Origin: a virus
Lineage: Duplodnaviria; Heunggongvirae; Uroviricota; Caudoviricetes
DNA: 64,000 bases
Reading direction: 5' to 3' (one strand)
IMG/VR virus record: IMGVR_UViG_3300008262_003982
Below the pieces are notes generated by a model. That model was given only the letters and a program-made list of their open reading frames with translations. It made no database searches and had not been told where the DNA came from. The translations under genes were made by a program, and so were the position numbers. This document shows positions 55,901 to 64,000 of this stretch, piece by piece. Every line of letters begins with the position of its first letter. The first letter of the stretch is position 1.

Positions 55901-57732
55901 TTATAGACGACTTATTTGAAGCCTCACAGTCATGCCCACACTGTGGTGGTCCCATGTTCAGTGAAATGCTGATGATGGAAAAGAAAGACGCCTGCTACTA
56001 CAAAGTAAAAGCGTCAGCAAAAGTATGGCCATCAGCCTATGCATCTGGACGCTTGGTTCAGTGTCGCAAAAAAGGCGCTGGCAATTATGGCAACAAGTCT
56101 GAAGGTGTGATGGAAATGGACAAATCACAAACACCTCCAGGGCGTGATGGTAGTAACGATGAAGGCGGCAAAAAAGAATACACTGCTAAAGCAACCACTG
56201 CTAAAAAAGTAGCCAAGGATGCTGAAAAGATTCTAAACAAAGAGTTAAACAAGAAGCAAGGTGTGGCGGAAGCAACTGGCGATCAAAAGTTTGACTCAAT
56301 GATGGGTCAGATCACAGGTGGTGCTACTGCTAGGCAAAGTGTAGATAGTTTGAATAAGTCTCTCACTGCAAGAACAGGCAGCGACCCAGAAACAGCATTG
56401 GCCAAATGGGGCCAGGAATTTATAAATTGGCTTGAAAAAATTTGCCGCAACTTTGAAAGGCAAGGTGTAGATAGGTTTAATAAATTAGAAAAAGTAGGTA
56501 ATCTTGACGACGGTGGCGAAACTATGGCGCACTGGTTGATTGAGGTCGCCAAACAATCCAATACCTCAGGCATTACACAGGCTGACATACAGGAATTTTC
56601 TAGCGAGTTTAATACCCACGGAATGTGGGCTTGGCATCAGTTTCCTATAGCTTGGGGTCTAAAAGAATGGCAAGACTATAAAGATCAATGGACTGGCCCT
56701 GATGGTTACATAGCCAATCTAGGACAAGGCATGGCGGAAGGCTCGGAGTCAGATGCTTACGGTAACACTGGTGAAAAGCATGAATGTGGTTCTTGCGATG
56801 GCACTGGAATAGATACACACGATGATGAGTGCCCAGAATGCGGTGGCAAAGGCTGGGTGAGAAATAAGGAAGCATTGAAGAAGAAAGGCATGGCGGAAGA
56901 GTATGAACTAGCAGGTGTTGGCGTAGCATACGAACTGGGTCGTCGAGCATACAAACAAGGTATGACCATCAGAGACAATCCATATAGTGCCACAAGAGAA
57001 GCCCGTAAAAATGACGAATGGGCCAAAGGATTAGAACGCGGCAAACACGATGCAAATGATGCCAGACATTTCCGCAGTAGTGTAAGAGAACAAGGTGTAG
57101 CGGAAGGTGATCTTGACGAAGGCTGGAAAGAAAAATTAGGTGGCGCGGCATTGGCAGGTGCAATGGCACTGGGCGCAGGTGGTGCCAATGCTAGAGTTAC
57201 TCCTGATGGCCAAGGCGGTTTCACTGGCGGATTCAAGCCAAGTGCAACAATGACATCACCTGCTGATAATAAACCGGCTGCAGAAGCACCAAAAGGCTTT
57301 AGCAAAGAATATTTACAAAGTGTAATAGACGGCAAGCACCCAAGACCAATGGTTAGTGTTGAAAAAGCAAAAGAACTATTAAAGAACATGCAAGAAGGTG
57401 ACTTGAATGAAAAGTCAACCAGCCAAGCACAATTCCGCACCATGGCAGCAGCCGCACACAATCCTGAATTTGCAAAAAAAGTTGGCATCAGCCAAGACGT
57501 TGCTCAAGAGTTCCACGGTGCTGATCGCAAGCAGGACTATGCAGACTTGCCTAAAAAGGCTGACGAAAGCAAATCAACTCCCAAAGAAAAAGAAGCCGAC
57601 TACGGTGATGATTATCAAGACATGATTGCTAGAGTAAAGAAACTGGCTGGCTTGGGCCCACTTAAAACTGTGTATGATCCCCAAAAGCGTGTGTATCGCA
57701 ACATGCCCACAGCGGTGCAACCTAAAAAATGA
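55897..57732 (+). CDS. mosaic late protein with multiple GVAE/GMAE-linked modules
   Basis: MIIDDLFE|A leader; QGVAE x2, QGMAE, KGMAE and EGVME linkers. Confidence 0.8.
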   Translation: MIIDDLFEASQSCPHCGGPMFSEMLMMEKKDACYYKVKASAKVWPSAYASGRLVQCRKKGAGNYGNKSEGVMEMDKSQTPPGRDGSNDEGGKKEYTAKATTAKKVAKDAEKILNKELNKKQGVAEATGDQKFDSMMGQITGGATARQSVDSLNKSLTARTGSDPETALAKWGQEFINWLEKICRNFERQGVDRFNKLEKVGNLDDGGETMAHWLIEVAKQSNTSGITQADIQEFSSEFNTHGMWAWHQFPIAWGLKEWQDYKDQWTGPDGYIANLGQGMAEGSESDAYGNTGEKHECGSCDGTGIDTHDDECPECGGKGWVRNKEALKKKGMAEEYELAGVGVAYELGRRAYKQGMTIRDNPYSATREARKNDEWAKGLERGKHDANDARHFRSSVREQGVAEGDLDEGWKEKLGGAALAGAMALGAGGANARVTPDGQGGFTGGFKPSATMTSPADNKPAAEAPKGFSKEYLQSVIDGKHPRPMVSVEKAKELLKNMQEGDLNEKSTSQAQFRTMAAAAHNPEFAKKVGISQDVAQEFHGADRKQDYADLPKKADESKSTPKEKEADYGDDYQDMIARVKKLAGLGPLKTVYDPQKRVYRNMPTAVQPKK

Positions 57733-58085
57733 GAGCATACGAGTTTGCACAGTTGAAAGAAGGCGCTGTAGAAGATTTGGAAAAAGATCTAGATGATCCC
57801 AAGAGCTACAGCGCAATTGATCACATGATGCAAACCATTGCTCGTGACTACGGCATTACTGGCAAACAACTGCACGACGAGTTTGTGAAAAAACACGGCA
57901 CAATTCCAGACAAGTGGACCCGCGAGCAACTGCGTGAATTAAGTTTTCTAGGTTCACAATGCACCAAAGACTGTTCTGGTCACAGAGCAGGATATGCCTG
58001 GAGTCAAAAGCGCGGTGGCCGACAACCTGCAAGTTGGAGCGACAGTTTCAATCGCGGTGCCGCACTGTTTGCAGCAGGAAAATAA
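57729..58085 (+). CDS. two-module late protein
   Basis: MRAYEFAQLKE|G...QLRE|LSFLGSQCTKDCSGHRAGY. Confidence 0.78.
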   Translation: MRAYEFAQLKEGAVEDLEKDLDDPKSYSAIDHMMQTIARDYGITGKQLHDEFVKKHGTIPDKWTREQLRELSFLGSQCTKDCSGHRAGYAWSQKRGGRQPASWSDSFNRGAALFAAGK

Positions 58086-58118
58086 TTAGGCCACCCCAAA
58101 ACCCAAATACATAACTGC

Positions 58119-58964
58119 ATGATTGATATCTGCACAGTAGTATTTGAACAGGAACTGCCGATCCTTAAAATTCAGGCACAAAGCATAAACAATTATTGTC
58201 GCAACATAGGCATAAGAAATATCTATGTGGTGCTCAATGATTACGAAACCCTAGCGGAAAAAATTGATCCAGCATGGTGGGGTGATCTAGCAAGCTCTGT
58301 CTTGGTAGTGCCGCGCACAGCATTCAGCAGTGCTTGGATAGCAAACGGCTGGGTAAGCCAGCAGATTCTAAAACTTCTCACCGCGTCTATAAGTTACAAT
58401 GTCTACACCATGGTATTAGACGCCAAGACTATATTTGTTAGACCCTTGGAAATATCCAAATTGGTTAACGAACAAGGTCAGCTTACTGTGGGACAATTGG
58501 ATATATTTGATGTTTTTAAACCCAGTAAGAACATTGTGGATCAGCTGTTTGACATCAACATGACCAAACAAGCTGGCCCTGGCGGTGTGCCATTTTTCTT
58601 CCACAATGACACTGTACGCTTTATGATTGCTGATACCACAATCAAAACACATGAAAGTTTTCCCACATGGTTTCAGCGCCAAGGCATGCTGACAGAATTC
58701 ATGTTGTACTCAGGATTTTGTCAATACAAGTATGGACATTTGGATCATTTTTATACCAAACAAAACACACTTGGCGGTGTGGTAAATGTTTGTCATAGCG
58801 AAGTTGACCAGTTTGATAAGAAACTTGAACTCATGCGTGATAAAAATGCTCTCACAGTGAGTATTCATCGAAATGCTTGGTCAAAAATGTTACCAGAACA
58901 AAAAACTGCATTTAAGATGTTGTTGATTGATCGCGGCCATTTTGCTGCTTGGGAACTTGAATGA
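58119..58964 (+). CDS. glycosyltransferase-like protein (DUF6492-like)
   Basis: GWVSQQILKL...MVLDAK..FVRP; paralogue of 61189-62058. Confidence 0.65.
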   Translation: MIDICTVVFEQELPILKIQAQSINNYCRNIGIRNIYVVLNDYETLAEKIDPAWWGDLASSVLVVPRTAFSSAWIANGWVSQQILKLLTASISYNVYTMVLDAKTIFVRPLEISKLVNEQGQLTVGQLDIFDVFKPSKNIVDQLFDINMTKQAGPGGVPFFFHNDTVRFMIADTTIKTHESFPTWFQRQGMLTEFMLYSGFCQYKYGHLDHFYTKQNTLGGVVNVCHSEVDQFDKKLELMRDKNALTVSIHRNAWSKMLPEQKTAFKMLLIDRGHFAAWELE

Positions 58965-59473
58965 ACGCATTGTGTATGGTAGCGCATCCAGATGACTGTG
59001 TGATATTTGGTTACAGTTATATTCATGCGCACCCTGAGCACAAATGGACCATTGGCTATTTAACGTACACTGAGCATGATCCCCGAGGCCAAGAACTTTT
59101 GGCGTTTTGGAAACGTCGGGGAATCGACTGTGTGTTTTTGGGCTTTGAAGACCACTGGCATGACAACGAGCAAAAAGTATTCACACGCTGGGCTGAAGAA
59201 TCTGCCGACCGTGCCTGCTGGCACCTTGCTCGTGATTATGATCTAGTGCTCACCCATGACGAACTAGGAGACTATGGACACATACATCATGTGCTGGTAC
59301 ATCGTGCAGTGCAGTGGCATCCTAGACTGGTAACTTTTGCACGGCCTGGTGAAGGAGTTACACATACAATTCCACCTGGCACATACAACTTAGACGAATT
59401 GCCCATGCACAAAGAAATTATTGCTAGTTTTCACAGCGAAGAACACCGAAACAGTTACAAGGAAACACTATGA
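58961..59473 (+). CDS. PIG-L/LmbE-family deacetylase-like protein
   Basis: VAHPDD and LTH...GDYGHIHH. Confidence 0.8.
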   Translation: MNALCMVAHPDDCVIFGYSYIHAHPEHKWTIGYLTYTEHDPRGQELLAFWKRRGIDCVFLGFEDHWHDNEQKVFTRWAEESADRACWHLARDYDLVLTHDELGDYGHIHHVLVHRAVQWHPRLVTFARPGEGVTHTIPPGTYNLDELPMHKEIIASFHSEEHRNSYKETL

Positions 59474-60097
59474 AATTAATGGTAGCAGGCTGCTCGTTTT
59501 CGGCAGTGAGTCAAACTTTGCCAGGCACTGCTTGGAGTGAACGCTTGGCCGAAAAACTAGGTGGCTGGGAGTTGGTTAACCTAGCACGCCAAGGTTGTTC
59601 AAACGGCGGCATCCGTATACAAATAGACGAGATACGCAGACAGCGTCCAGACTTTGCTGTGATTGGTCCTACCTTCTGGGATCGTATGGAAATACCTGCA
59701 AACTCTGTGCCATATGATTGGTCACAGGCACCCAGCGCCGGGGAAAATCCTCCACTAGAACGACACCTACAAAATAGAAAACTGGGCAATGGCTACAACA
59801 GACAAGATGGCATACGCAAGTGTGATTACCATGTTCTTGGATGACATCAAGTTTTTAGTGCTACCCAACTTGCTGTGGCCATTCGATCCTGACAATCATA
59901 CCTTATGGCGTGATGCGTTTCCTAAACTTATCCCTGATCACTACATACAATTGGACACAACTAAAAGTCCTCAAGCCATATGTGGCAGTTACCCATTTTC
60001 AGGAGACGACCCTGGATATCATTCTGGTCCCGAAGGACAGGAAAAAATTGCTGAAAACTTCTATCAGCACATTTCAACCCACTTCGTCATCCCATAA
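59470..60097 (+). pseudogene. SGNH-hydrolase-like gene split into two frames (59470-59844 and 59789/59807-60097)
   Basis: The first ORF has GCSFS and NLARQGCSN (blocks I/II); the terminal DPGYH motif (block V) is in the +1 frame. Confidence 0.6.
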
Positions 60098-61201
60098 CCA
60101 ATGGCCACCTTCAATGTGTTGATGCAGTAGATCAGACATTGTGGCTTGAAACTGAATCTGGTAACTGCGCAATCTAGCTTGGTTGTGATCCAGTATGGCT
60201 TGTATGCGTTCATACAACACTTTGGGATTTTCAAAATATGCCAACTGCAATACCTGATGCATGGCCCGTTCAAATCGTATGCTGTCCACAGGATGTTCAT
60301 CGTAGCTTTCGTCAAGGATACTGCTAAATGTTTCAAACCCTAGTTCGCGCATGCGAGCAAGAAATCCTTGTGCGCCAAAAAACACAAAAATTCTTCTGGC
60401 TAACAAACACTTGGTAACTTTTTCACTCCAGAAAAATGTTGTGCCAGTGCCCAGTGTTTCACACACAATGCTGTAATGACTGCGTTGATAGATGTTCCAG
60501 GGCACATATGGACTGATACTGCGAGTGATGTTGTCCGTGACTTCCCATGCAGGATTTAAGTTTGCACTCACGTAAGGCCACTTTAGCGGAGTGTCATAAA
60601 AAGTCTGCTGAAATTGATCACAGTTTCTGTCAATCAATTTGCCTTCAAAGCAATCTCTGTAGGTCACAATGCTACGATCCAACAGCCCAGTTTTGTCCAT
60701 GGCCATCATCACATAGTCACGGTGCGGTCTACGTGCTCCTAACAGTGCTTCAAACATGTAGGGTTTTTGATCTTGGTAGGTGTCTTGGTATTCGTTGTGT
60801 CGCAAGAGATTGTAAGCCCACCAAGGGCGATACACCATGCAGGATTGATCCAATTCTTCTCCTTGCACAAGACCGCCTACTGCCAACACATAACGTTGAA
60901 TTTTGTTTTTTTCAATCCAGGCACGTATTTCTTTAACACTGTAGTATTCAATGTCACTCAGCAGTACCAAATCAAACTGACTGAGATCCATGTCAGCCAG
61001 TGCTGGATCATAATCAAACACGCCGGGCTCGTTGCACAGCACACGAAATGCTGCTACAGACCACGGTTGACTCAGCGCCAGTGCAGGATCGTTGGTAGTT
61101 TCAAATCTGCCCAGACCCCAATCAGCTGTGACATCAATACTTTGTGATGCAGGTTGATACACAGGATATCGGAACTTTGCTGGGTATGTTATTGTGTACA
61201 T
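60074..61201 (-). CDS. hypothetical protein, glycosyltransferase-like C-terminus
   Basis: LLGARRPHRD...SIVCET...SEKVTKCL..RRIFV.FG..GFL..MRELGFETF. Confidence 0.7.
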   Translation of the reverse strand: MYTITYPAKFRYPVYQPASQSIDVTADWGLGRFETTNDPALALSQPWSVAAFRVLCNEPGVFDYDPALADMDLSQFDLVLLSDIEYYSVKEIRAWIEKNKIQRYVLAVGGLVQGEELDQSCMVYRPWWAYNLLRHNEYQDTYQDQKPYMFEALLGARRPHRDYVMMAMDKTGLLDRSIVTYRDCFEGKLIDRNCDQFQQTFYDTPLKWPYVSANLNPAWEVTDNITRSISPYVPWNIYQRSHYSIVCETLGTGTTFFWSEKVTKCLLARRIFVFFGAQGFLARMRELGFETFSSILDESYDEHPVDSIRFERAMHQVLQLAYFENPKVLYERIQAILDHNQARLRSYQIQFQATMSDLLHQHIEGGHWLWDDEVG

Positions 61202-62058
61202 TGCTTCACCATGTGTTGATAATGTTCAAAATTAGGTATGTCCAATGTGTCCCAATCAAGTTGCATGCTTTGACTTAGGTCCGGCACAGCATCACATACT
61301 GCATTGAACTCTTTGGCATTCAATGTAGACAACAGCTCCAATTGATTGTATTCAAAACGTTTCTGAAAAGTGTAGTTGATGGGATCACAACATGCTGCCC
61401 AGTTTCCTATCAATTCATATTCTGAAAACCATTTGATTATTTCGCCTGTGCCCCAGGGAGGTATTGTGGGCATGCCAGGAACAGCGTCAATAATAGCGTC
61501 CAGCCACAGTTTGTTGGGCCAACGTTGGGCCAGCAGTTTGCGCAATTCAAGCCAGTGTGTGCGCAGTACAGGCACAAGCTCTGACACAAAACAATGCGGG
61601 CTGGCCTCTGGCAATCCAGTAATGCTTTCAAATACCCCATGATAACTGCCGTGCTTGGTGTCAGGTATCACAAGATAATTCAGTTGTTCACCATCCCAGC
61701 ATCTATAAGGTTCAATCATAAAAGTGTCACAGTCATGCATGAGTATGACATCTTCTTCCAACAGGTCTCGGTAGGCCAGTTTGATTGCTTGTTGTCGCAA
61801 CCACCAGCCCCGATAGTCATGGTCAAACACCCAGTTGTTGACTTCAGGATAGCGTTGGTATATCACACTGTCATTCATGTACTTTAGCTGTGAAGTATCA
61901 ATACCATAGCGTTCAAACACTGGCCATAGTTCATGCTGTGGCACTGGCGAAGCTATTATGGTGTAATCTATGCCCAGTAAATTATGGTCCCACTGCATGG
62001 CAAAACATGCATGTGGCACACGATATCTTGCTAGGAACAATACTCTTGCTACAGTCAT
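61189..62058 (-). CDS. glycosyltransferase-like protein (DUF6492-like)
   Basis: GWWLRQQAIKL...MHDCDTFMIEP...SEYELIG. Confidence 0.68.
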   Translation of the reverse strand: MTVARVLFLARYRVPHACFAMQWDHNLLGIDYTIIASPVPQHELWPVFERYGIDTSQLKYMNDSVIYQRYPEVNNWVFDHDYRGWWLRQQAIKLAYRDLLEEDVILMHDCDTFMIEPYRCWDGEQLNYLVIPDTKHGSYHGVFESITGLPEASPHCFVSELVPVLRTHWLELRKLLAQRWPNKLWLDAIIDAVPGMPTIPPWGTGEIIKWFSEYELIGNWAACCDPINYTFQKRFEYNQLELLSTLNAKEFNAVCDAVPDLSQSMQLDWDTLDIPNFEHYQHMVKQCTQ

Positions 62059-62101
62059 AACAAGTTGACAATTTGATTCATGAATTGTTGTAGATCTTTA
62101 T

Positions 62102-63148
62102 TCATGTTCGATTACAAGTTACTACACATTGATAAGTTCTGCCAGCCGCAATGCTAGACTCATTCCAGGTTTGTTCCACACGTTCAAACCATTCAAGACA
62201 GTGTTCAAGAGGATATTCCAATGCATTGTTTTCTGTTACTAATGGAGCCAGTTCTTGATTGCCGGGATGATTCATGGTATGCGGATAAAACCCCAAAAAG
62301 CAGCAGGGATAAACAGAGCCGTCGGCAGCTATGTATATTTCTCGATTGCGTTTGTGATGACACTGCATGTCTAGCACAGGAGTATCTTTGTGATGTGTGA
62401 TTGTTTTGGCATCGTACCAAGTGATATGACTTTCCAAAAAAGGATGCACTGTTTGATTGGTAAGACCGCCAGGGTCTGGACCAATCTTGTGACTGAATGT
62501 GCCGTCTCGATTGTATACCGACGTGCGATCTCTTCCATCATAGATATTTTCAAACTTTGCAAAGCCCATTTGGGCAGCCATATCTCTGCAGGCCTGTTCC
62601 TGATGACGGTTATGATCAAACGGCACAAACCTCCATACAGCTTGTCCACCAGCGTTGATCAGTGCTTGAGCATGTGAAATTATTCTATGCCAGTCTGTGT
62701 CTTGGCGATACAAATGATGCGTGTCTGCTAGGCCATCAATGGCAAAACCCACTGTAACTTTGGGTAGAGCCAGTCTTGCCCACCATTCTGGACTGCGCAC
62801 AGAACCATTGGTATTGATAATAACAGGTACCTGATGCTCTACCAGGTATTCTACTATTTCAACAGCATCACGTGCAGAAGCAAAATCACCCAGATTTCCA
62901 TTGAATGCCACACCTCTAAATTCATATATGATTGGCACACGATCTCCAATGGGCGGATCGGGCTGAATTAGTTGTGCTAAAACGTTAGGAGTTAGAATTT
63001 TCTTGAAATCTCCAACACTGAGTTCACACAGCGGATATCCACTATTGTAATCATACCCTCGATAGTTTCTCATGCACATGGGGCATCTGGCATTGCATCT
63101 AGTGGTCAATTCCACATGCACTTTGCGTATATCATTCAATTTTAGCAT
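62102..63148 (-). CDS. radical SAM protein with C-terminal SPASM/twitch
   Basis: ELTTRCNARCPMC; NGNLGD; YIAADGSVYPCCF. Confidence 0.9.
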   Translation of the reverse strand: MLKLNDIRKVHVELTTRCNARCPMCMRNYRGYDYNSGYPLCELSVGDFKKILTPNVLAQLIQPDPPIGDRVPIIYEFRGVAFNGNLGDFASARDAVEIVEYLVEHQVPVIINTNGSVRSPEWWARLALPKVTVGFAIDGLADTHHLYRQDTDWHRIISHAQALINAGGQAVWRFVPFDHNRHQEQACRDMAAQMGFAKFENIYDGRDRTSVYNRDGTFSHKIGPDPGGLTNQTVHPFLESHITWYDAKTITHHKDTPVLDMQCHHKRNREIYIAADGSVYPCCFLGFYPHTMNHPGNQELAPLVTENNALEYPLEHCLEWFERVEQTWNESSIAAGRTYQCVVTCNRT

Positions 63149-63152
63149 GCAA

Positions 63153-63180
63153 TATTTATAGACCCACTTAATGATAAATA
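63153..63180. promoter_or_regulatory. divergent late promoters, including a perfect T4 TATAAATA on the minus strand
   Basis: TATTTATA 63153-63160 (minus strand) and TAAATA 63175-63180 (plus strand); ATGs 4-5 nt away. Confidence 0.75.
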
Positions 63181-63185
63181 TCTTT

Positions 63186-63470
63186 ATGAACAAAAAGTTT
63201 GTCAAGGTAATTTGCGAAGTTTATTGCCAAGGTTGGACTGACCCTCCAACCTACCGAGCTTATGTCAATAATGAATTGTTTACCGAACGCACCTGGGTTT
63301 GGCGTGATCAGCATTTGGAAGAGTCTTTTCAAATTGCCGCAGAACCAGGTAAGTACAAGTTGCGCTATGAATTATTGCCTGGAACATTAGCGTCAATACA
63401 GCAGCTGAATTGGCGTGTGGTTGATGGCCCGGGCATGATAGACAGCGGCGGCGAGTTGGAAATACTATAA
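63186..63470 (+). CDS. hypothetical protein
   Basis: ORF after the late promoter. Confidence 0.7.
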   Translation: MNKKFVKVICEVYCQGWTDPPTYRAYVNNELFTERTWVWRDQHLEESFQIAAEPGKYKLRYELLPGTLASIQQLNWRVVDGPGMIDSGGELEIL

Positions 63471-63682
63471 TGAAAATTCAAGAAATCATGGAAAATGCGT
63501 CAGTGGGCGGCACCAGTGCTGGTAGTATAGCACCTGTGAGCCAGGCCTTAGGCATGGTGTCAAGATCAGGCGGATCCTTGTTGAGTGGTAAATATACAAC
63601 TGATCCTACGCCTAACACGCCCAAGGAATACAAAAGGAATAAGAATGTTAGCGGACGCTTTAAAAACACTCCTGGCAACTGA
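63470..63682 (+). CDS. small late protein with MKIQEIME leader
   Basis: MKIQEIME|NASVGGTSAGSIA. Confidence 0.7.
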   Translation: MKIQEIMENASVGGTSAGSIAPVSQALGMVSRSGGSLLSGKYTTDPTPNTPKEYKRNKNVSGRFKNTPGN

Positions 63683-64000
63683 GGAGGCTTTTGCTCTCAA
63701 AGCCAAACAGTTCCACTGGAACGTTGAAGGCCCAGACTTTGGCCAGCTTCACGCTTTCTTTGACGCAATCCATGACGATGTTTATGGTGCTACAGATCCC
63801 ACAGCAGAATACATACGTGCCCTGGGCGACTATGCTCCTGGTAGTTTTGAACGATTTGTAGAATTAACAAAAATACAGGGCCAAACAAAAATTCCACGTG
63901 CCCGACTCATGCTAGAAGAACTCTTGGCCAACAACGGCCAAATGTTGGATCTTCTCAATCAAGTCTTCCAAGTAGCAACTGAAGAAAACCAACAAGGTAT
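63645..64000 (+). CDS. dps: Dps / ferritin-like protein (runs off the window end)
   Basis: MLADALKTLLA...FHWNVEGPDF.QLH.FF...D..AEYIRALG; AAGGA RBS; not in ORF track because no stop codon. Confidence 0.9.
   Translation, partial: MLADALKTLLATEEAFALKAKQFHWNVEGPDFGQLHAFFDAIHDDVYGATDPTAEYIRALGDYAPGSFERFVELTKIQGQTKIPRARLMLEELLANNGQMLDLLNQVFQVATEENQQG

Larger units (their letters stand above)
38657..57107 (+). repeat. dispersed ~16-nt repeat (C/A/G)AAGG(T/C)(G/A)T(G/A)GC(G/C)GAAG encoding (Q/K/E)G(V/M)AE
   Basis: Copies at 38657, 38957, 55016, 56257, 56725, 56884 and 57091. Confidence 0.85.

Noticed and set aside
1-64000. tRNA, tmRNA, rRNA, riboswitch or group I/II intron
   Set aside because: Intergenic gaps are mostly under about 130 nt and I saw no cloverleaf or T-loop signatures; only a tRNAscan/Infernal run could exclude them fully
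1-64000. Stop-codon reassignment as seen in some large phages
   Set aside because: Well-known genes (nadE, clpA, phoH, erpA) are full length under code 11, and TAA, TGA and TAG all terminate genes at expected positions

Overview
This window is 64 kb of a large lytic dsDNA phage genome with T4-like or jumbo-myovirus character. It is near wall-to-wall coding under the standard code, and I found no tRNA, rRNA, CRISPR array, integrase or transposase. The host is plausibly a proteobacterium, inferred from the ErpA, IF-1 and BI-1 homologues. From left to right the window contains: (1) early and accessory genes behind clean sigma70 promoters (Hc1 histone-like protein, BI-1/YccA, AbrB-like protein, NadE, SleB-type hydrolase); (2) an ACP, desaturase and ketosynthase trio, then IF-1, Fe/Mn-SOD and ErpA; (3) a divergent block of huge repeat-rich tail and baseplate proteins (12.9-26.6 kb); (4) a DnaE fragment, GroES, clamp loader, PhoH, radical SAM enzymes, a 2OG oxygenase and an APS-kinase/nucleotidyltransferase fusion; (5) a dispersed lysis set (two spanins, GH19 endolysin, holin) with a subtilase and lectin-like virion proteins; (6) DnaJ and ClpA; (7) a block of mosaic late proteins; and (8) glycan-modification-like enzymes and a truncated Dps. 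The most striking unexplained structure is a family of late proteins with short T4-capsid-targeting-like N-terminal leaders ending in hydrophobic-x-Glu. These proteins are built of unrelated modules joined by a (Q/K/E)G(V/M)AE linker that is also conserved as a ~16-nt DNA repeat, which suggests capsid-packaged, protease-processed, recombination-shuffled polyproteins; the SOD carries the same kind of leader. All family assignments come from motif recognition by eye, and no database search was run.
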